A DNA stretch of 64,000 nt, taken from positions 34,421 through 98,420 of the forward strand of contig CAZFNX010000001.1 in the NCBI GenBank assembly GCA_964520195.1, given 5' to 3'. This document shows positions 1-10,281 of the stretch, piece by piece (the first letter of the stretch is position 1; the number at the start of each line of letters is the position of its first letter). The notes beneath the pieces were generated by a model. That model saw only the letters and a program-made list of their open reading frames with translations. It was not told the origin of the DNA and did not search any database. The translations under genes were made by a program, and so were the position numbers. The DNA comes from an uncultured Candidatus Saccharibacteria bacterium (GTDB taxonomy: Bacteria; Patescibacteriota; Minisyncoccia; Phycocordibacterales; CAIZLB01).

Positions 1-5
1 AGTCA

Positions 6-770
6 ATGTTCCTCAAAAAAGATGAGAAAGATTTATATGTAGTTGAATCATACACTTCAAACATTTTATTAAATGGATATAAGGTACCTGCCATAGATAA
101 TCAGATTGCTGAAACTGTTGCATTTCAATATGTCCACGTATATGCGAAGACATCATTTATCACACCTTTGATTCATGTGTTAGAGAGTATATTTCATACA
201 CATAAGGTTTTTCTAACATCTATATATGGCTTAACAGAATTTGTCTCTCATATGAGAGTTAGTTCAGGTGTCTCAGAGATTCAGATTATTCTTGAAGAGG
301 AAAGTGTTGATGTGTCTTATATATATGACGGATTACATGTTGTAAATATGTTTGTTCCATATAGTTATGCAGAGGCCGAGCATGATATCGCTATGAATCT
401 ATCTGCTCATAATGATGTCGTTCAAGATATTCTTATATCAAGAGGTGAATCTATGCAACAACGTGCAACAACTCAAGTTGATAAGAATGCAAAAAAGTTG
501 TGGCCAGATTTAGATGCTCAAGTTAAAGAGATCGTCAATACATCTATTTCAAATAGTCTTGAAAAAATAGTCCAGCATGTTCGTGATTGTATCGACACTA
601 TAGATATAGAATATATTAAAAGTTCAACTCGTGTTCAGGTCTACTGTGTCAATAAAAATCTTGTTTTGTCATATGGTATTGAGCTTGCACACAAGATTGC
701 AACTGATCCATATATTACCATGAAAGTTCATTCTGTTATAGATGATGACTCTGTTATTTCTTTGTTTTAA
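6..770 (+). CDS. Hypothetical protein, possibly 5'-truncated by the window; weak FtsA/PilM actin-like resemblance
   Basis: 254-aa ORF at the window edge; family assignment is only an impression. Confidence 0.5.
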   Translation: MFLKKDEKDLYVVESYTSNILLNGYKVPAIDNQIAETVAFQYVHVYAKTSFITPLIHVLESIFHTHKVFLTSIYGLTEFVSHMRVSSGVSEIQIILEEESVDVSYIYDGLHVVNMFVPYSYAEAEHDIAMNLSAHNDVVQDILISRGESMQQRATTQVDKNAKKLWPDLDAQVKEIVNTSISNSLEKIVQHVRDCIDTIDIEYIKSSTRVQVYCVNKNLVLSYGIELAHKIATDPYITMKVHSVIDDDSVISLF

Positions 771-801
771 TGTATATAATATGTAGTGTAGAATACTCTA
801 T

Positions 802-1944
802 ATGTACGGAGACATTATTCCACCAAAAAGAAAAATTCATACAACACGAACTGAAGAATATAATTCAGTACGTTTTTCTGCTCCACATATTTCATACACA
901 GAGCAGAAAAGTAAAAAGGTACCAATAGTTCTCTTTATGGCAGCGTTGGTTGTTATTGGACTAGTTTTGTATCAAAACATATATCATAGTACTAAGATAA
1001 CACTAACTCCAAAAACCACTCACTTTGAAATAAAACAAAAGATACCTCTTATTTTACAAGGTAGAGAAAAGGATTCGCTTACATATAGTTTAGTATATGT
1101 TCCTGCAACTGATGCAAGTAGTACTCGTAATCCGTTTGTTGCAACATCGACAAATACCACAACTTCAAAACAGGCAGTGTTTAGCATAACTGCAACGTCA
1201 ACAGGTGCAACGAAGCATATTCGTATTATTAACAAAACAGCAGATACAGTGCCTCTTCGTAAAGATACTCGGTTTGATGTTGGAGGGGTTACATACACAC
1301 TTGATAGTGCAACACAAAATCCTCCTTCATCTAAAGATGATATTGCACAAGCATCGTCTTCTGTTGTGTATAAGGTGATTGGGTTTAAAGGGTATCCAAC
1401 ATATGAGACAGTGTATGCAGTACCTGAAGAATCGACTGCAACTTCACAAACAACCAGTCTCTCTGATTCTGTTTCAGCGATTCCTCCACAAGATTTGTTA
1501 TCGCTTATGCCTGCTGGTACATTAGCACTTCAAAAAAGTACCATATATGATAAGTTGTTGGAACAATCTGCGGTTGTTGTTTTTGATCAAGCTTCTTTTG
1601 AGGATTTTTTAAAAAATACTATTTCACAGACTGCTGCGTATTATAAAGCTCTTAAACCTTTTGGAGAGAGTGTAACATATGATGTTCGTATTTCTGATTA
1701 TACACTCGAGACATCTGAAGATACTGGTAAACCTGTAGCTTTTTCTTCACTTACATTGGATATTACTCCTCAAATAGACTCTGAACATGCGAAAATGCAG
1801 TTTGCAGGGTTTAGTAAAGACACAATGAATACTGTTGAGAAACAAGTACATGAGTATGTGGTACTACATACTGCATATAAACCATTTTGGTCTGATACTG
1901 TAGCTTCAGCGGATAAGATACAAGTGCAAGTATTAGAGCAATAA
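802..1944 (+). CDS. Single-pass membrane-anchored hypothetical protein
   Basis: 380 aa; TM segment VPIVLFMAALVVIGLVLY followed by a Ser/Thr-rich beta-type region. Confidence 0.65.
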   Translation: MYGDIIPPKRKIHTTRTEEYNSVRFSAPHISYTEQKSKKVPIVLFMAALVVIGLVLYQNIYHSTKITLTPKTTHFEIKQKIPLILQGREKDSLTYSLVYVPATDASSTRNPFVATSTNTTTSKQAVFSITATSTGATKHIRIINKTADTVPLRKDTRFDVGGVTYTLDSATQNPPSSKDDIAQASSSVVYKVIGFKGYPTYETVYAVPEESTATSQTTSLSDSVSAIPPQDLLSLMPAGTLALQKSTIYDKLLEQSAVVVFDQASFEDFLKNTISQTAAYYKALKPFGESVTYDVRISDYTLETSEDTGKPVAFSSLTLDITPQIDSEHAKMQFAGFSKDTMNTVEKQVHEYVVLHTAYKPFWSDTVASADKIQVQVLEQ

Positions 1945-1999
1945 TGAGTAACTCCTAAAAGTGTCTATTTTATACAATACATGCTACACTGAGTAAACT

Positions 2000-3034
2000 A
2001 TGGCATTTATAGATGAAATGGAAGTACATATTAAGGCAGGTAAAGGTGGAAACGGTGTTGTTCGCTGGTTGCATGAGTATGCAAAAGAGTTTGGTGGTCC
2101 GTCAGGTGGAGATGGTGGACGAGGAGGGGATGTATATATTCGCGCAATTGCGGATACATTTTACTTACGTAAGTATATGCACCAAAAAGAGTTTTTTGCC
2201 GAGGAGGGTGATTATGGAAGTGGAAATAGTAGTAAAGGAAAACAAGGAGAAGATCTTATTATAGATATTCCTGTTGGATCTATCGTAACTCGTATTCAAG
2301 ATATTAATGTGCATGATAACTTTACTATTTCTAATCCTGTTATAGAACTTAATACTGTAGGGCAAACTGTAAGAATTCTTAAAGGAGGAACTGGTGGATA
2401 CGGTAATGAACATTTTAAAGGATCTTCAAATCAAAAACCTGAAGAGTGGACACCGGGTAAACCTGGAGAAGAGGGGGTATTTCATATTGAGGTACGTATG
2501 ATTGCGGATATTGGTTTGATTGGATTACCGAATGCGGGCAAGTCATCTCTTTTAAATGTATTAACAAAAGCTGATGTAAAAGTTGCTAACTATGAGTTTA
2601 CAACCCTTGAACCAAATCTTGGAAGTATGTATGGTGTCATTCTTGCTGACATCCCAGGTCTTATAGAAGGAGCTTCAGAAGGAAAAGGGTTAGGTCATAC
2701 ATTTTTGCGTCACATACAAAGAACAAAAATTCTTGCACACTGTGTTTCTTTGGAGCAATCGCTTGAACAAATGATGGAGTCGTATACTGTTATTCGTAAC
2801 GAACTCGAACAGTATTCTTTGGGTTTGTCTGAGAAAAAAGAAGTTGTTATTTTAACAAAAACTGATACGTGTATACCTGAGGAAGTCGCTGAAAAAACCG
2901 CTGCTTTTATTAAAAAAATGAAATTAGATGTGGACAGTGTAAAAACAATATCTGTGTATGACCTTGATGCTATAAAGGTTTTGCGGGAATGGTTGACAAT
3001 AATAGTAAAACAGGTGTTTTATTATTTACCATAA
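2000..3034 (+). CDS. obgE: GTPase ObgE/CgtA
   Basis: Gly-rich N-terminus GGPSGGDGGRGG; G1 GLPNAGKS; YEFTTLEP; DIPGLIEGASEGKGLG. Confidence 0.97.
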   Translation: MAFIDEMEVHIKAGKGGNGVVRWLHEYAKEFGGPSGGDGGRGGDVYIRAIADTFYLRKYMHQKEFFAEEGDYGSGNSSKGKQGEDLIIDIPVGSIVTRIQDINVHDNFTISNPVIELNTVGQTVRILKGGTGGYGNEHFKGSSNQKPEEWTPGKPGEEGVFHIEVRMIADIGLIGLPNAGKSSLLNVLTKADVKVANYEFTTLEPNLGSMYGVILADIPGLIEGASEGKGLGHTFLRHIQRTKILAHCVSLEQSLEQMMESYTVIRNELEQYSLGLSEKKEVVILTKTDTCIPEEVAEKTAAFIKKMKLDVDSVKTISVYDLDAIKVLREWLTIIVKQVFYYLP

Positions 3035-3053
3035 ATATGCTACATATATATGC

Positions 3054-4535
3054 ATGAGTAATTCTTCGTATATACCTGTTATAGGGCTTGAAATCCATGC
3101 TGAACTTAATACTAAAAGTAAGATGTTTTGTAGTTGTGCAAACGCTCCTCTTGAACGTAATCCAAACATTCACATCTGTCCTATTTGTATGGCTCATCCA
3201 GGAACACTGCCTACATTGAACAAGACAGCTATAGAGCATGTTCTTAAAGTAGGTGTTGCTCTTGGTGCAGAGATTGCTGATTTTACGGAATGGGATAGAA
3301 AGAACTATTTTTATCCAGATATTCCAAAAGGATATCAGATTAGTCAGTATGCGTATCCACTTGTACAAAAAGGATCTTTGACTGTGAAAAATGAAAAAGG
3401 TGAAGATGTACAAGTTGGTATTACACGTATTCATCTCGAGGAAGATACGGCCCGTTCAAGTCACGATAAAGGTGATTTTAGTTTGGTTGATTACAATCGT
3501 GCAGGTGTACCACTTATGGAGTTGGTAACCAATGCATTAGATTTTTCTATACGAGATGCAAAGACTGCAGGTAACTTTGGAAGAGAGTTGCAGTTGCTTC
3601 TACAGACACTTGGAGTATCTGAAGCAAACATGGAGTTAGGGCAGATGCGTGTTGAAGTAAATATTTCTATACATAAAGAAGGTGAACCGCTTGGAACAAA
3701 AGTTGAGATTAAAAACCTAAACTCATTTCGTGCAGCTGAACGATCTATTGCCTACGAGATAGAACGACAGGCGAAGCTTCTTGATGCAGGAGAAAAAGTT
3801 GTGCAGGAAACTCGGGGATTTGAAGATGCTACAGGAAAAACATTTTCACAAAGAAAAAAAGAAAATGCAAACGACTATAGATATTTCCCAGATCCTGATC
3901 TACCAAAGTTATATATCTCACAAGTTCCAGAATGGTCTATGGATGCACTACGAGGGAGTTTACCAAAGCTTCCTTGGGTTCGCCGAGCCGAGTACTTGGC
4001 TGATGGATTGAAGGCTGAAGATGCAGAAATGTTTATCTCTGATGCATTTTATGGTGATTTCTATGAGGCGGTTTTGAAAACTATTACAAAACCAGAAGTA
4101 AAGAAGTTGGCTGTAAACTATATTGCTACAGATATTGCAGGTCTTGTGAAAAAAGAAGCAGAGCGTGCGCAAACGCTTGATACGTATGTACATCTTGAAC
4201 ATTTTGTTGATATTATACACATGATTGAGGCAGATGAACTTTCATCTCGTGGAGCAAAAGATTTGATTGCATTGCTATGGAAAGCAGATGAGACAACTCG
4301 AGCAAAAACTGCTAAAAGTATTGCTGAAGAAAAGGGGATGATTCAGAAAAATGATCCAGAAGTCCTAAAGACTATGATTCAAGGCGTGATTGATGCTAAT
4401 CCAGAACAGGTAGCAGGATTTAAGTCTGGAAAAGAACCTCTTCTTATGTATCTTGTGGGACAAGTTATGAAGGTTGGAAAAGGAGCTGTAAATCCTGCAA
4501 AAGCACAAGAGATGCTTCGGGAAATGCTTCGATAG
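3054..4535 (+). CDS. gatB: Asp/Glu-tRNA amidotransferase subunit B
   Basis: IGLEIHAEL, DRKNYFYPDIPKGYQISQ, RIHLEED, DYRYFPDPDLP. Confidence 0.98.
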   Translation: MSNSSYIPVIGLEIHAELNTKSKMFCSCANAPLERNPNIHICPICMAHPGTLPTLNKTAIEHVLKVGVALGAEIADFTEWDRKNYFYPDIPKGYQISQYAYPLVQKGSLTVKNEKGEDVQVGITRIHLEEDTARSSHDKGDFSLVDYNRAGVPLMELVTNALDFSIRDAKTAGNFGRELQLLLQTLGVSEANMELGQMRVEVNISIHKEGEPLGTKVEIKNLNSFRAAERSIAYEIERQAKLLDAGEKVVQETRGFEDATGKTFSQRKKENANDYRYFPDPDLPKLYISQVPEWSMDALRGSLPKLPWVRRAEYLADGLKAEDAEMFISDAFYGDFYEAVLKTITKPEVKKLAVNYIATDIAGLVKKEAERAQTLDTYVHLEHFVDIIHMIEADELSSRGAKDLIALLWKADETTRAKTAKSIAEEKGMIQKNDPEVLKTMIQGVIDANPEQVAGFKSGKEPLLMYLVGQVMKVGKGAVNPAKAQEMLREMLR

Positions 4536-4589
4536 ATTTGTACACATAAGTGTCGCTCTTGTGTGTGATAGCGTGCTATAATCCTTCCT

Positions 4590-5495
4590 ATGGAATCTAG
4601 TTCTACATCACCTGCTTCGCAATCTAAAAAAATTACATCCTTTGGCGTGTTATTGATTGTCTTGCTTATGGTAGCCGATATAGCTTGGAATCAGTATCAA
4701 TCATTTACGTATAGAAAAACTATTGAGACATTACAGTCCGATCATGATGCAAATGTTCGTGAGTTGGCAGAGTTGAAGGCGAGTACAACACAATCAAGTG
4801 CACTTTTGAGTGATTTGTATACTACATTGTCTAGAGTTATTGATGAAGAAAAGGCTAAAAATAAAACACTAGAAGAAAAACTTGGTTCACTTGATAAGTT
4901 AGCTAAAGCAGATCCACAACTGCTAAAAAAATACTCCAAGATCTATTTTCTTAATGAAAATTATGCACCACTGCGACTTGTAACTATTCCTACTGAATAT
5001 ACATACAATCAAAAGACAACATATGAAATACATGCTGATGTACTGTATTACTTACAATCGTTACTTACTGATGCGCGAAATGATGGTATGAATTTGCTTA
5101 TTATCTCTGCGTTTCGGTCATTTGCAACACAAGCAACAGTTAAGAATATAAATGTTGTAAAGTTTGGTACAAAAACTGCAAATCAATTTTCTGCCGAACA
5201 AGGTTTTTCTGAACATCAACTCGGAACAACTGTTGATTTCACAACATCTGCAACTAAGGACAATTTTTCAAAATTTGATGGAACACAAGAATATCAATGG
5301 CTAAAAAATAATGCATACTTATACGGTTTCGTATTATCCTATCCAAAAGGTAACAGTTATTATGCATACGAACCATGGCACTGGCGTTTTGTAGGTGTGG
5401 AGTTGGCGAAACGTATTCATGATGAAGGAAAATATTTTTATGATTATGATCAGCGAGTGTTAGATGAGTATGTGACTAAGATTTTTGATAGATAA
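4590..5495 (+). CDS. Membrane-anchored M15B D-Ala-D-Ala carboxypeptidase (VanY-like) with coiled coil
   Basis: SAFRS, SEHQLGTTVD, YEPWHWRFVG motifs; N-terminal TM. Confidence 0.9.
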   Translation: MESSSTSPASQSKKITSFGVLLIVLLMVADIAWNQYQSFTYRKTIETLQSDHDANVRELAELKASTTQSSALLSDLYTTLSRVIDEEKAKNKTLEEKLGSLDKLAKADPQLLKKYSKIYFLNENYAPLRLVTIPTEYTYNQKTTYEIHADVLYYLQSLLTDARNDGMNLLIISAFRSFATQATVKNINVVKFGTKTANQFSAEQGFSEHQLGTTVDFTTSATKDNFSKFDGTQEYQWLKNNAYLYGFVLSYPKGNSYYAYEPWHWRFVGVELAKRIHDEGKYFYDYDQRVLDEYVTKIFDR

Positions 5496-5593
5496 GTGGT
5501 GGTGTTATGAAGGTTTGATTGCCTTAGATGTACATTAGGTATGCTTGCATAGGAGTCTATAAAATCCTTAGAAATCATGTTACAATGGGCTTT

Positions 5594-7066
5594 ATGGAAT
5601 CTACACATGATGAACGTCTGGACAGACTTAAAAAGTTACAATCTATACAAGACGCTGGGGTCACTCCATATGCCGATAAATTTGAAAGAAGTGATGTATT
5701 GGCTGATGCGAAACAAAAACCTGAAAACACTACTGTAAAAGTGTGTGGTCGTATTGTGTTTTTACGTAATATGGGAAAACTTGCATTTATTAAACTGCAA
5801 GATTTTTCAGGGCAATTGCAGGCCGTGTTAAAAGTTGATGTATTAGGTGAAAAATTTGACAGACTTATTGACATGATTCACGTTGGAGACTTTATTGGTG
5901 TAGAAGGAACTATTTTTACTACTCAAAAAGGGGAGATATCTGTCATGGTCCAAGATTATGTATTTCTATCAAAATCATTGCGACCACTTCCAGAAAAATG
6001 GCATGGATTGCAAGATACAGAAACTGTGTACAGAAAAAGATATTTGGATTTGATTAGTAATAAAGAGACTATGGATCGATTTAAATTCAGATCTGATTTT
6101 CTTAGAGAGCTTCGAAACTTTTATGCTAAGCATAATTTTGTCGAGATAGATACTCCAGTGCTACAGACATCTCCATCAGGGGCATTGGCTAAGCCATTTA
6201 AAACACATTACAACGCGCTTGATATGGATGTGTATCTTCGTATTGCTCCCGAGATATTTCTAAAGGAAGCAGTTGTTGGAGGATTTGATCGAGTATTTGA
6301 AGTGGCTCGTGTTTTTCGTAATGAAGGTATGGATGCGTCACATCTACAAGAGTTTACTATGATAGAGCACTATGCATCGTATTGGGACTATGCGGATAAT
6401 ATGAAGTTCACTGAAGAAATGTTTGTTGAAATCATAGGAAAACTCAAAGGAACTATGGAGATTCAATGTATAAATCGCGATGGAGAAATGGTAACGGTTG
6501 ATCTTACTCCACCATGGGACAGAAAAACATTCCGTGAGTTGTTGATTGAAGATTGTGGTATTGATATTGATTTGTATCCAGATACAGAAACATTGAAAGC
6601 TGCTATACAAAAACTCGGTATTCAACTTAAGGATATTGATACATTGGGTCGTGGAAATATGATTGATTCATTGTACAAAAAAGTATCTAGACCAAAACTA
6701 GTAAAGCCAACTTTCTTGACTCATCATCCTATAGACATATCTCCACTTGCTCGAAAAAACGATGACAATCCTATGGTCACAGATCGTTTTCAACTCGTAT
6801 TAAATGGATGGGAGATTGTGAATGCATACAGTGAACTTGTTGATCCTATAGATCAAGCAGAGCGGTTTGCAAAACAAGCCGAGTATCGTGAGGGTGGTGA
6901 TGAAGAGGCTATGGAAAAAGATGATGAATATGTAGAGGCTATGGAGCACGGTATGCCTCCAATGTCAGGTTGGGGAATGGGAGTAGAGCGTGTGATCGCG
7001 CTCCTCACACATCAGCCGAATTTACGTGATGTTATCTTGTTTCCATTGTTGAAGCCAAAGGTGTAG
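5594..7066 (+). CDS. lysS: Lysyl-tRNA synthetase class II
   Basis: LRPLPEKWHGL, FRNEG, GMPPMSGWGMGVER; start moved to ATG 5594, 7 nt after TACAAT. Confidence 0.97.
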   Translation: MESTHDERLDRLKKLQSIQDAGVTPYADKFERSDVLADAKQKPENTTVKVCGRIVFLRNMGKLAFIKLQDFSGQLQAVLKVDVLGEKFDRLIDMIHVGDFIGVEGTIFTTQKGEISVMVQDYVFLSKSLRPLPEKWHGLQDTETVYRKRYLDLISNKETMDRFKFRSDFLRELRNFYAKHNFVEIDTPVLQTSPSGALAKPFKTHYNALDMDVYLRIAPEIFLKEAVVGGFDRVFEVARVFRNEGMDASHLQEFTMIEHYASYWDYADNMKFTEEMFVEIIGKLKGTMEIQCINRDGEMVTVDLTPPWDRKTFRELLIEDCGIDIDLYPDTETLKAAIQKLGIQLKDIDTLGRGNMIDSLYKKVSRPKLVKPTFLTHHPIDISPLARKNDDNPMVTDRFQLVLNGWEIVNAYSELVDPIDQAERFAKQAEYREGGDEEAMEKDDEYVEAMEHGMPPMSGWGMGVERVIALLTHQPNLRDVILFPLLKPKV

Positions 7067-7155
7067 TCTTTGTTTAAGAATCATTTTAAGAAAAATTTAT
7101 AAGACTTCATCTTTTCTTGTAAAAAACTTTACCATTCATCAGGTAAAGTTTTTTG

Positions 7156-7551
7156 ATGATTAAAAAATTTTTAGAGTGGGTACATAGTAAAATATATATT
7201 GATGAAAAACCAAGAGGTAAAATCATTCATATGTGTGAGGTGTATTGGTGTGCATTAGGTGAAAATATAGGAGATGAAGAAAATGGAAAAGGAGATGCAT
7301 TTACAAGACCTGTTTTGATTATTAAAAAATTTAATAACAATATATTTTGGGGTATACCCATGAGTACAAAACTTAAAGATAATAAATATTACATTAGAGT
7401 CATATTGAAAAATACCCCTCAATCTGTGATGATATCTCAACTGAGGGTTTTGGATGTAAAAAGGTTAGAACAATATATTGGCTATATATCAAGAAATGAT
7501 TTCCATAAAGTAAGATCTAGTTTGATTGATGTGTTATCGGACAATATTTAA
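7156..7551 (+). CDS. PemK/MazF-family endoribonuclease toxin, orphan
   Basis: YWCALGENIGDEENGKG..TRPVLIIKKF..GIPMSTK..SQLRVLDVKRL pattern; very AT-rich; no adjacent antitoxin ORF. Confidence 0.85.
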   Translation: MIKKFLEWVHSKIYIDEKPRGKIIHMCEVYWCALGENIGDEENGKGDAFTRPVLIIKKFNNNIFWGIPMSTKLKDNKYYIRVILKNTPQSVMISQLRVLDVKRLEQYIGYISRNDFHKVRSSLIDVLSDNI

Positions 7552-7595
7552 ACCCCTGCTTTGTAAGGCAGGGGCAGGTGGGATAACCCATTTGT
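7548..7595 (-). ncRNA. Candidate small RNA convergent with the pemK/mazF gene
   Basis: Minus-strand promoter, then hairpin TGGG-TTAT-CCCA and GC-rich hairpin CCCCTGC/GCAGGGG followed by T. Confidence 0.5.
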
Positions 7596-7601
7596 GATTA
7601 A

Positions 7602-7629
7602 AGTATATCAAATGAAAAAGCTGTGTCAA
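7602..7629 (-). promoter_or_regulatory. sigma70 promoter TTGACA-16-TATACT with extended TG
   Basis: Reverse complement reads ttgaca cagctttttcatttga tatact; no minus-strand CDS downstream. Confidence 0.7.
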
Positions 7630-7646
7630 TATGCTATACTCACATC

Positions 7647-8666
7647 ATGAAAACAACTCCTACAACTCCAAATATAGCTCTCACAGGCGATCGTCCAACA
7701 GGCAGACTTCATCTTGGTCATTATGTCGGATCTATACAAAACCGTATTGCATTACAAAAGTCTGTTGATAAGGCGTATTACATGATTGCAGATATTCAGG
7801 CCTTAACAGATAATGCAAGTAATCCCTCAAAGGTAAGTGAACATGTGATAGAGGTTATTCTCGATAATATGGCGTGCGGAGTCGATCCTAAAAAAACAAC
7901 ATACTTTATACAATCACAGATTCCTGAGATTGCTGAGATGACAGTATTGTTTTTAAATATGGTAACGCTCGCACGATTGAAACGAAATCCGACTGTAAAA
8001 TCAGAAATGAAGCAAAAAGGTTTTGGAGAAGATGTGCCTGCTGGATTTTTATCATATCCAGTAAGTCAGGCTGCTGATATACTTTTTGCTCGAGCAACAA
8101 CTGTACCTGTTGGAGAAGATCAGCTTCCAGTGATAGAGCAAACAAATGAGCTTGTGAGAAAATTTAACAGTATTTACGGTCAATTCTTCAATGAAGTAAA
8201 ACCTCTACTTTCAGATGCTCCACGGCTTATAGGTACTGATGGACAAGCAAAAGCAAGTAAGTCTTTAGGTAATGCAATATATCTTTCTGATTCGGATGAG
8301 ATGATTGCAAAAAAAGTTATGGGTATGTACACAGATCCAAAACATATTCGAGTGGAAGATCCAGGAGAGGTGAAAGGAAATGTTGTGTTTACGTATCTTG
8401 ATATTTTTGATGAAAATAAAACAGAAGTTGCTGAGCTTAAAAAACAATATAAAAAAGGGGGACTTGGTGATGTTGTTGTAAAAAAGAGACTCATTAAAGT
8501 TTTACAAGACCTTATAGGTCCTATTCGAACACGTCGAGCTGAGCTCGCAAAAGATACAGATGCAGTTATGAAGATTGTTGAAGCAGGAACAAAGAAAGTT
8601 CAAGCAGAAGCCAAAGCGTACATGAAAGAAATGAAAAAGCATATGGGTATAGGGTATTTTGGGTAG
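7647..8666 (+). CDS. trpS: Tryptophanyl-tRNA synthetase
   Basis: TGDRPTGRLHLGHY, YPVSQAADI, VPVGEDQ, KASKS. Confidence 0.97.
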   Translation: MKTTPTTPNIALTGDRPTGRLHLGHYVGSIQNRIALQKSVDKAYYMIADIQALTDNASNPSKVSEHVIEVILDNMACGVDPKKTTYFIQSQIPEIAEMTVLFLNMVTLARLKRNPTVKSEMKQKGFGEDVPAGFLSYPVSQAADILFARATTVPVGEDQLPVIEQTNELVRKFNSIYGQFFNEVKPLLSDAPRLIGTDGQAKASKSLGNAIYLSDSDEMIAKKVMGMYTDPKHIRVEDPGEVKGNVVFTYLDIFDENKTEVAELKKQYKKGGLGDVVVKKRLIKVLQDLIGPIRTRRAELAKDTDAVMKIVEAGTKKVQAEAKAYMKEMKKHMGIGYFG

Positions 8667-8724
8667 TATGTACTAAAACTCTTATCACCTTGTTTGATTG
8701 ACTGATGTGCTATAATACACCCAT

Positions 8725-9294
8725 ATGAATACAATCAAAAAAACTCCAATCATTATAGGTATTATTATACTTATCGGTATATATCTTTTTAGTTCGTATA
8801 ACAGTCTTGTAAACACTCAAGAAGCCTATACATCACAATGGTCTCAAGTGGAAAACCAATATCAACGACGCTTTGACCTTATACCTAACCTGGTCGGTGC
8901 AGTTCAAGGTGCTATGAAGCAAGAAACAGCTGTTTTTGGAGCTCTTGCTGAGGCTCGTACTCGATATAGTGGTGCAGCTCAGTCTGGATATCAAGCAGAT
9001 AAGGTGGCTGCGACAGCACAAGTTGAATCAGCTCTTTCTCGACTTCTCGTTGTTATGGAAAATTATCCAACACTTAAATCTATTGATACTGTTCAAAATC
9101 TACAAGTACAACTTGAGGGTACAGAAAATCGTGTAGCTATTGAAAGACAGAAGTATAATGATGCTGTTATGACATATAACTTAAAAGTAAAACGATTCCC
9201 TGGATTTATCTTTGCTAAGATGTTTGGTTTTTCTCAACAACCTTATTTTGAAGCAACAACAGGTTCAGAAGTTGCTCCAAAGGTTAATATATAA
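8725..9294 (+). CDS. lemA: LemA family protein
   Basis: YQRRFDLIPNLV, ENYPTLK, LEGTENRVAIER, YN..FP. Confidence 0.95.
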   Translation: MNTIKKTPIIIGIIILIGIYLFSSYNSLVNTQEAYTSQWSQVENQYQRRFDLIPNLVGAVQGAMKQETAVFGALAEARTRYSGAAQSGYQADKVAATAQVESALSRLLVVMENYPTLKSIDTVQNLQVQLEGTENRVAIERQKYNDAVMTYNLKVKRFPGFIFAKMFGFSQQPYFEATTGSEVAPKVNI

Positions 9295-9312
9295 ATAATT
9301 TTTTAAAAATAT

Positions 9313-10236
9313 ATGAAAAAACTGTATTACATTGTTGTGTTAAGTGTATGCAGTTTTTTTGTTATAATACACCCTGCATATGCTCAATCTGTTGTTGACA
9401 TGCGTCTTGACAGATATGTGACAGATACAGCAAACATGATTCCAGATGATGTACAGGCTCATATTGAAGATATATTACATGGATATGATGCCTCGACCAC
9501 AAATCAGATTGTGGTTGTAACAATTCCAGTATTACCAAGTGATGAGACTATAGAAACTGCAGCGTACAAAATATTTCAAGCAAATCATATCGGCCAAAAA
9601 TATAAAAATAATGGAATCCTTTTTCTTATCTCTTTACATGATAGAAAAAATCGTATTGAAGTAGGATATGGACTTGAGCCTGTATTGCCTGATGTATTAG
9701 CAAATATTATTTTACGCGATACAGTAAAACCTGCGTTTCAAGCCGGTGACTATGGGCGAGGAGTTTCAGATGCGGTGACTCGCATGATAGATATTATTGA
9801 TAAAAATGAAATATATACTCCAAGTGTAACAGATGAGCTTGCTTCAAAGTTGGGTGCTGAAAGTATTCCACAACTTTTCGGATTTATTCTATTTTTAGGA
9901 TTTATCCTTCTTTCATTCGTTGTTGGTATATTAAAAGCAATGTCACGAAGTAAGTCTGTGATACTTGGTTTGGTATTAGGTACAATACTCTCACTCATAT
10001 TGTTTTTTGTAACAGGGGTTGTGTATGTATTTATTTTTGTACTACTAGGTGTATTAGTTGATATATTTTTTTCAAGTAAATCTCCCGTGTCAGTAAAAAT
10101 ATTACAAATTCTTGAATTATTATCGAGATCAAGAGGGCGGGGAGGGTTTGGCGGTGGAGGATGGTCATCTGGCGGTGGAGGTTTTTCAGGTGGCGGAGGA
10201 TCGAGTGGTGGTGGAGGAAGTAGTGGAGGGTGGTAG
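9313..10236 (+). CDS. TPM-domain membrane protein (YgcG-like) with Gly-rich tail
   Basis: NNGILFLIS..DRKNRIEVGYGLE; C-terminal GGGGFSGGGGSSGGGGSSGGW; typical lemA partner. Confidence 0.92.
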   Translation: MKKLYYIVVLSVCSFFVIIHPAYAQSVVDMRLDRYVTDTANMIPDDVQAHIEDILHGYDASTTNQIVVVTIPVLPSDETIETAAYKIFQANHIGQKYKNNGILFLISLHDRKNRIEVGYGLEPVLPDVLANIILRDTVKPAFQAGDYGRGVSDAVTRMIDIIDKNEIYTPSVTDELASKLGAESIPQLFGFILFLGFILLSFVVGILKAMSRSKSVILGLVLGTILSLILFFVTGVVYVFIFVLLGVLVDIFFSSKSPVSVKILQILELLSRSRGRGGFGGGGWSSGGGGFSGGGGSSGGGGSSGGW

Positions 10237-10281
10237 GAAAAAATATTTATCTAATATTTTGTTTTTCTTGAGGTAATAGTA

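Noticed and set aside
10135-10236. GGN-rich repetitive stretch
   Set aside because: Encodes the normal Gly/Ser tail of TPM-domain proteins; not a DNA repeat element
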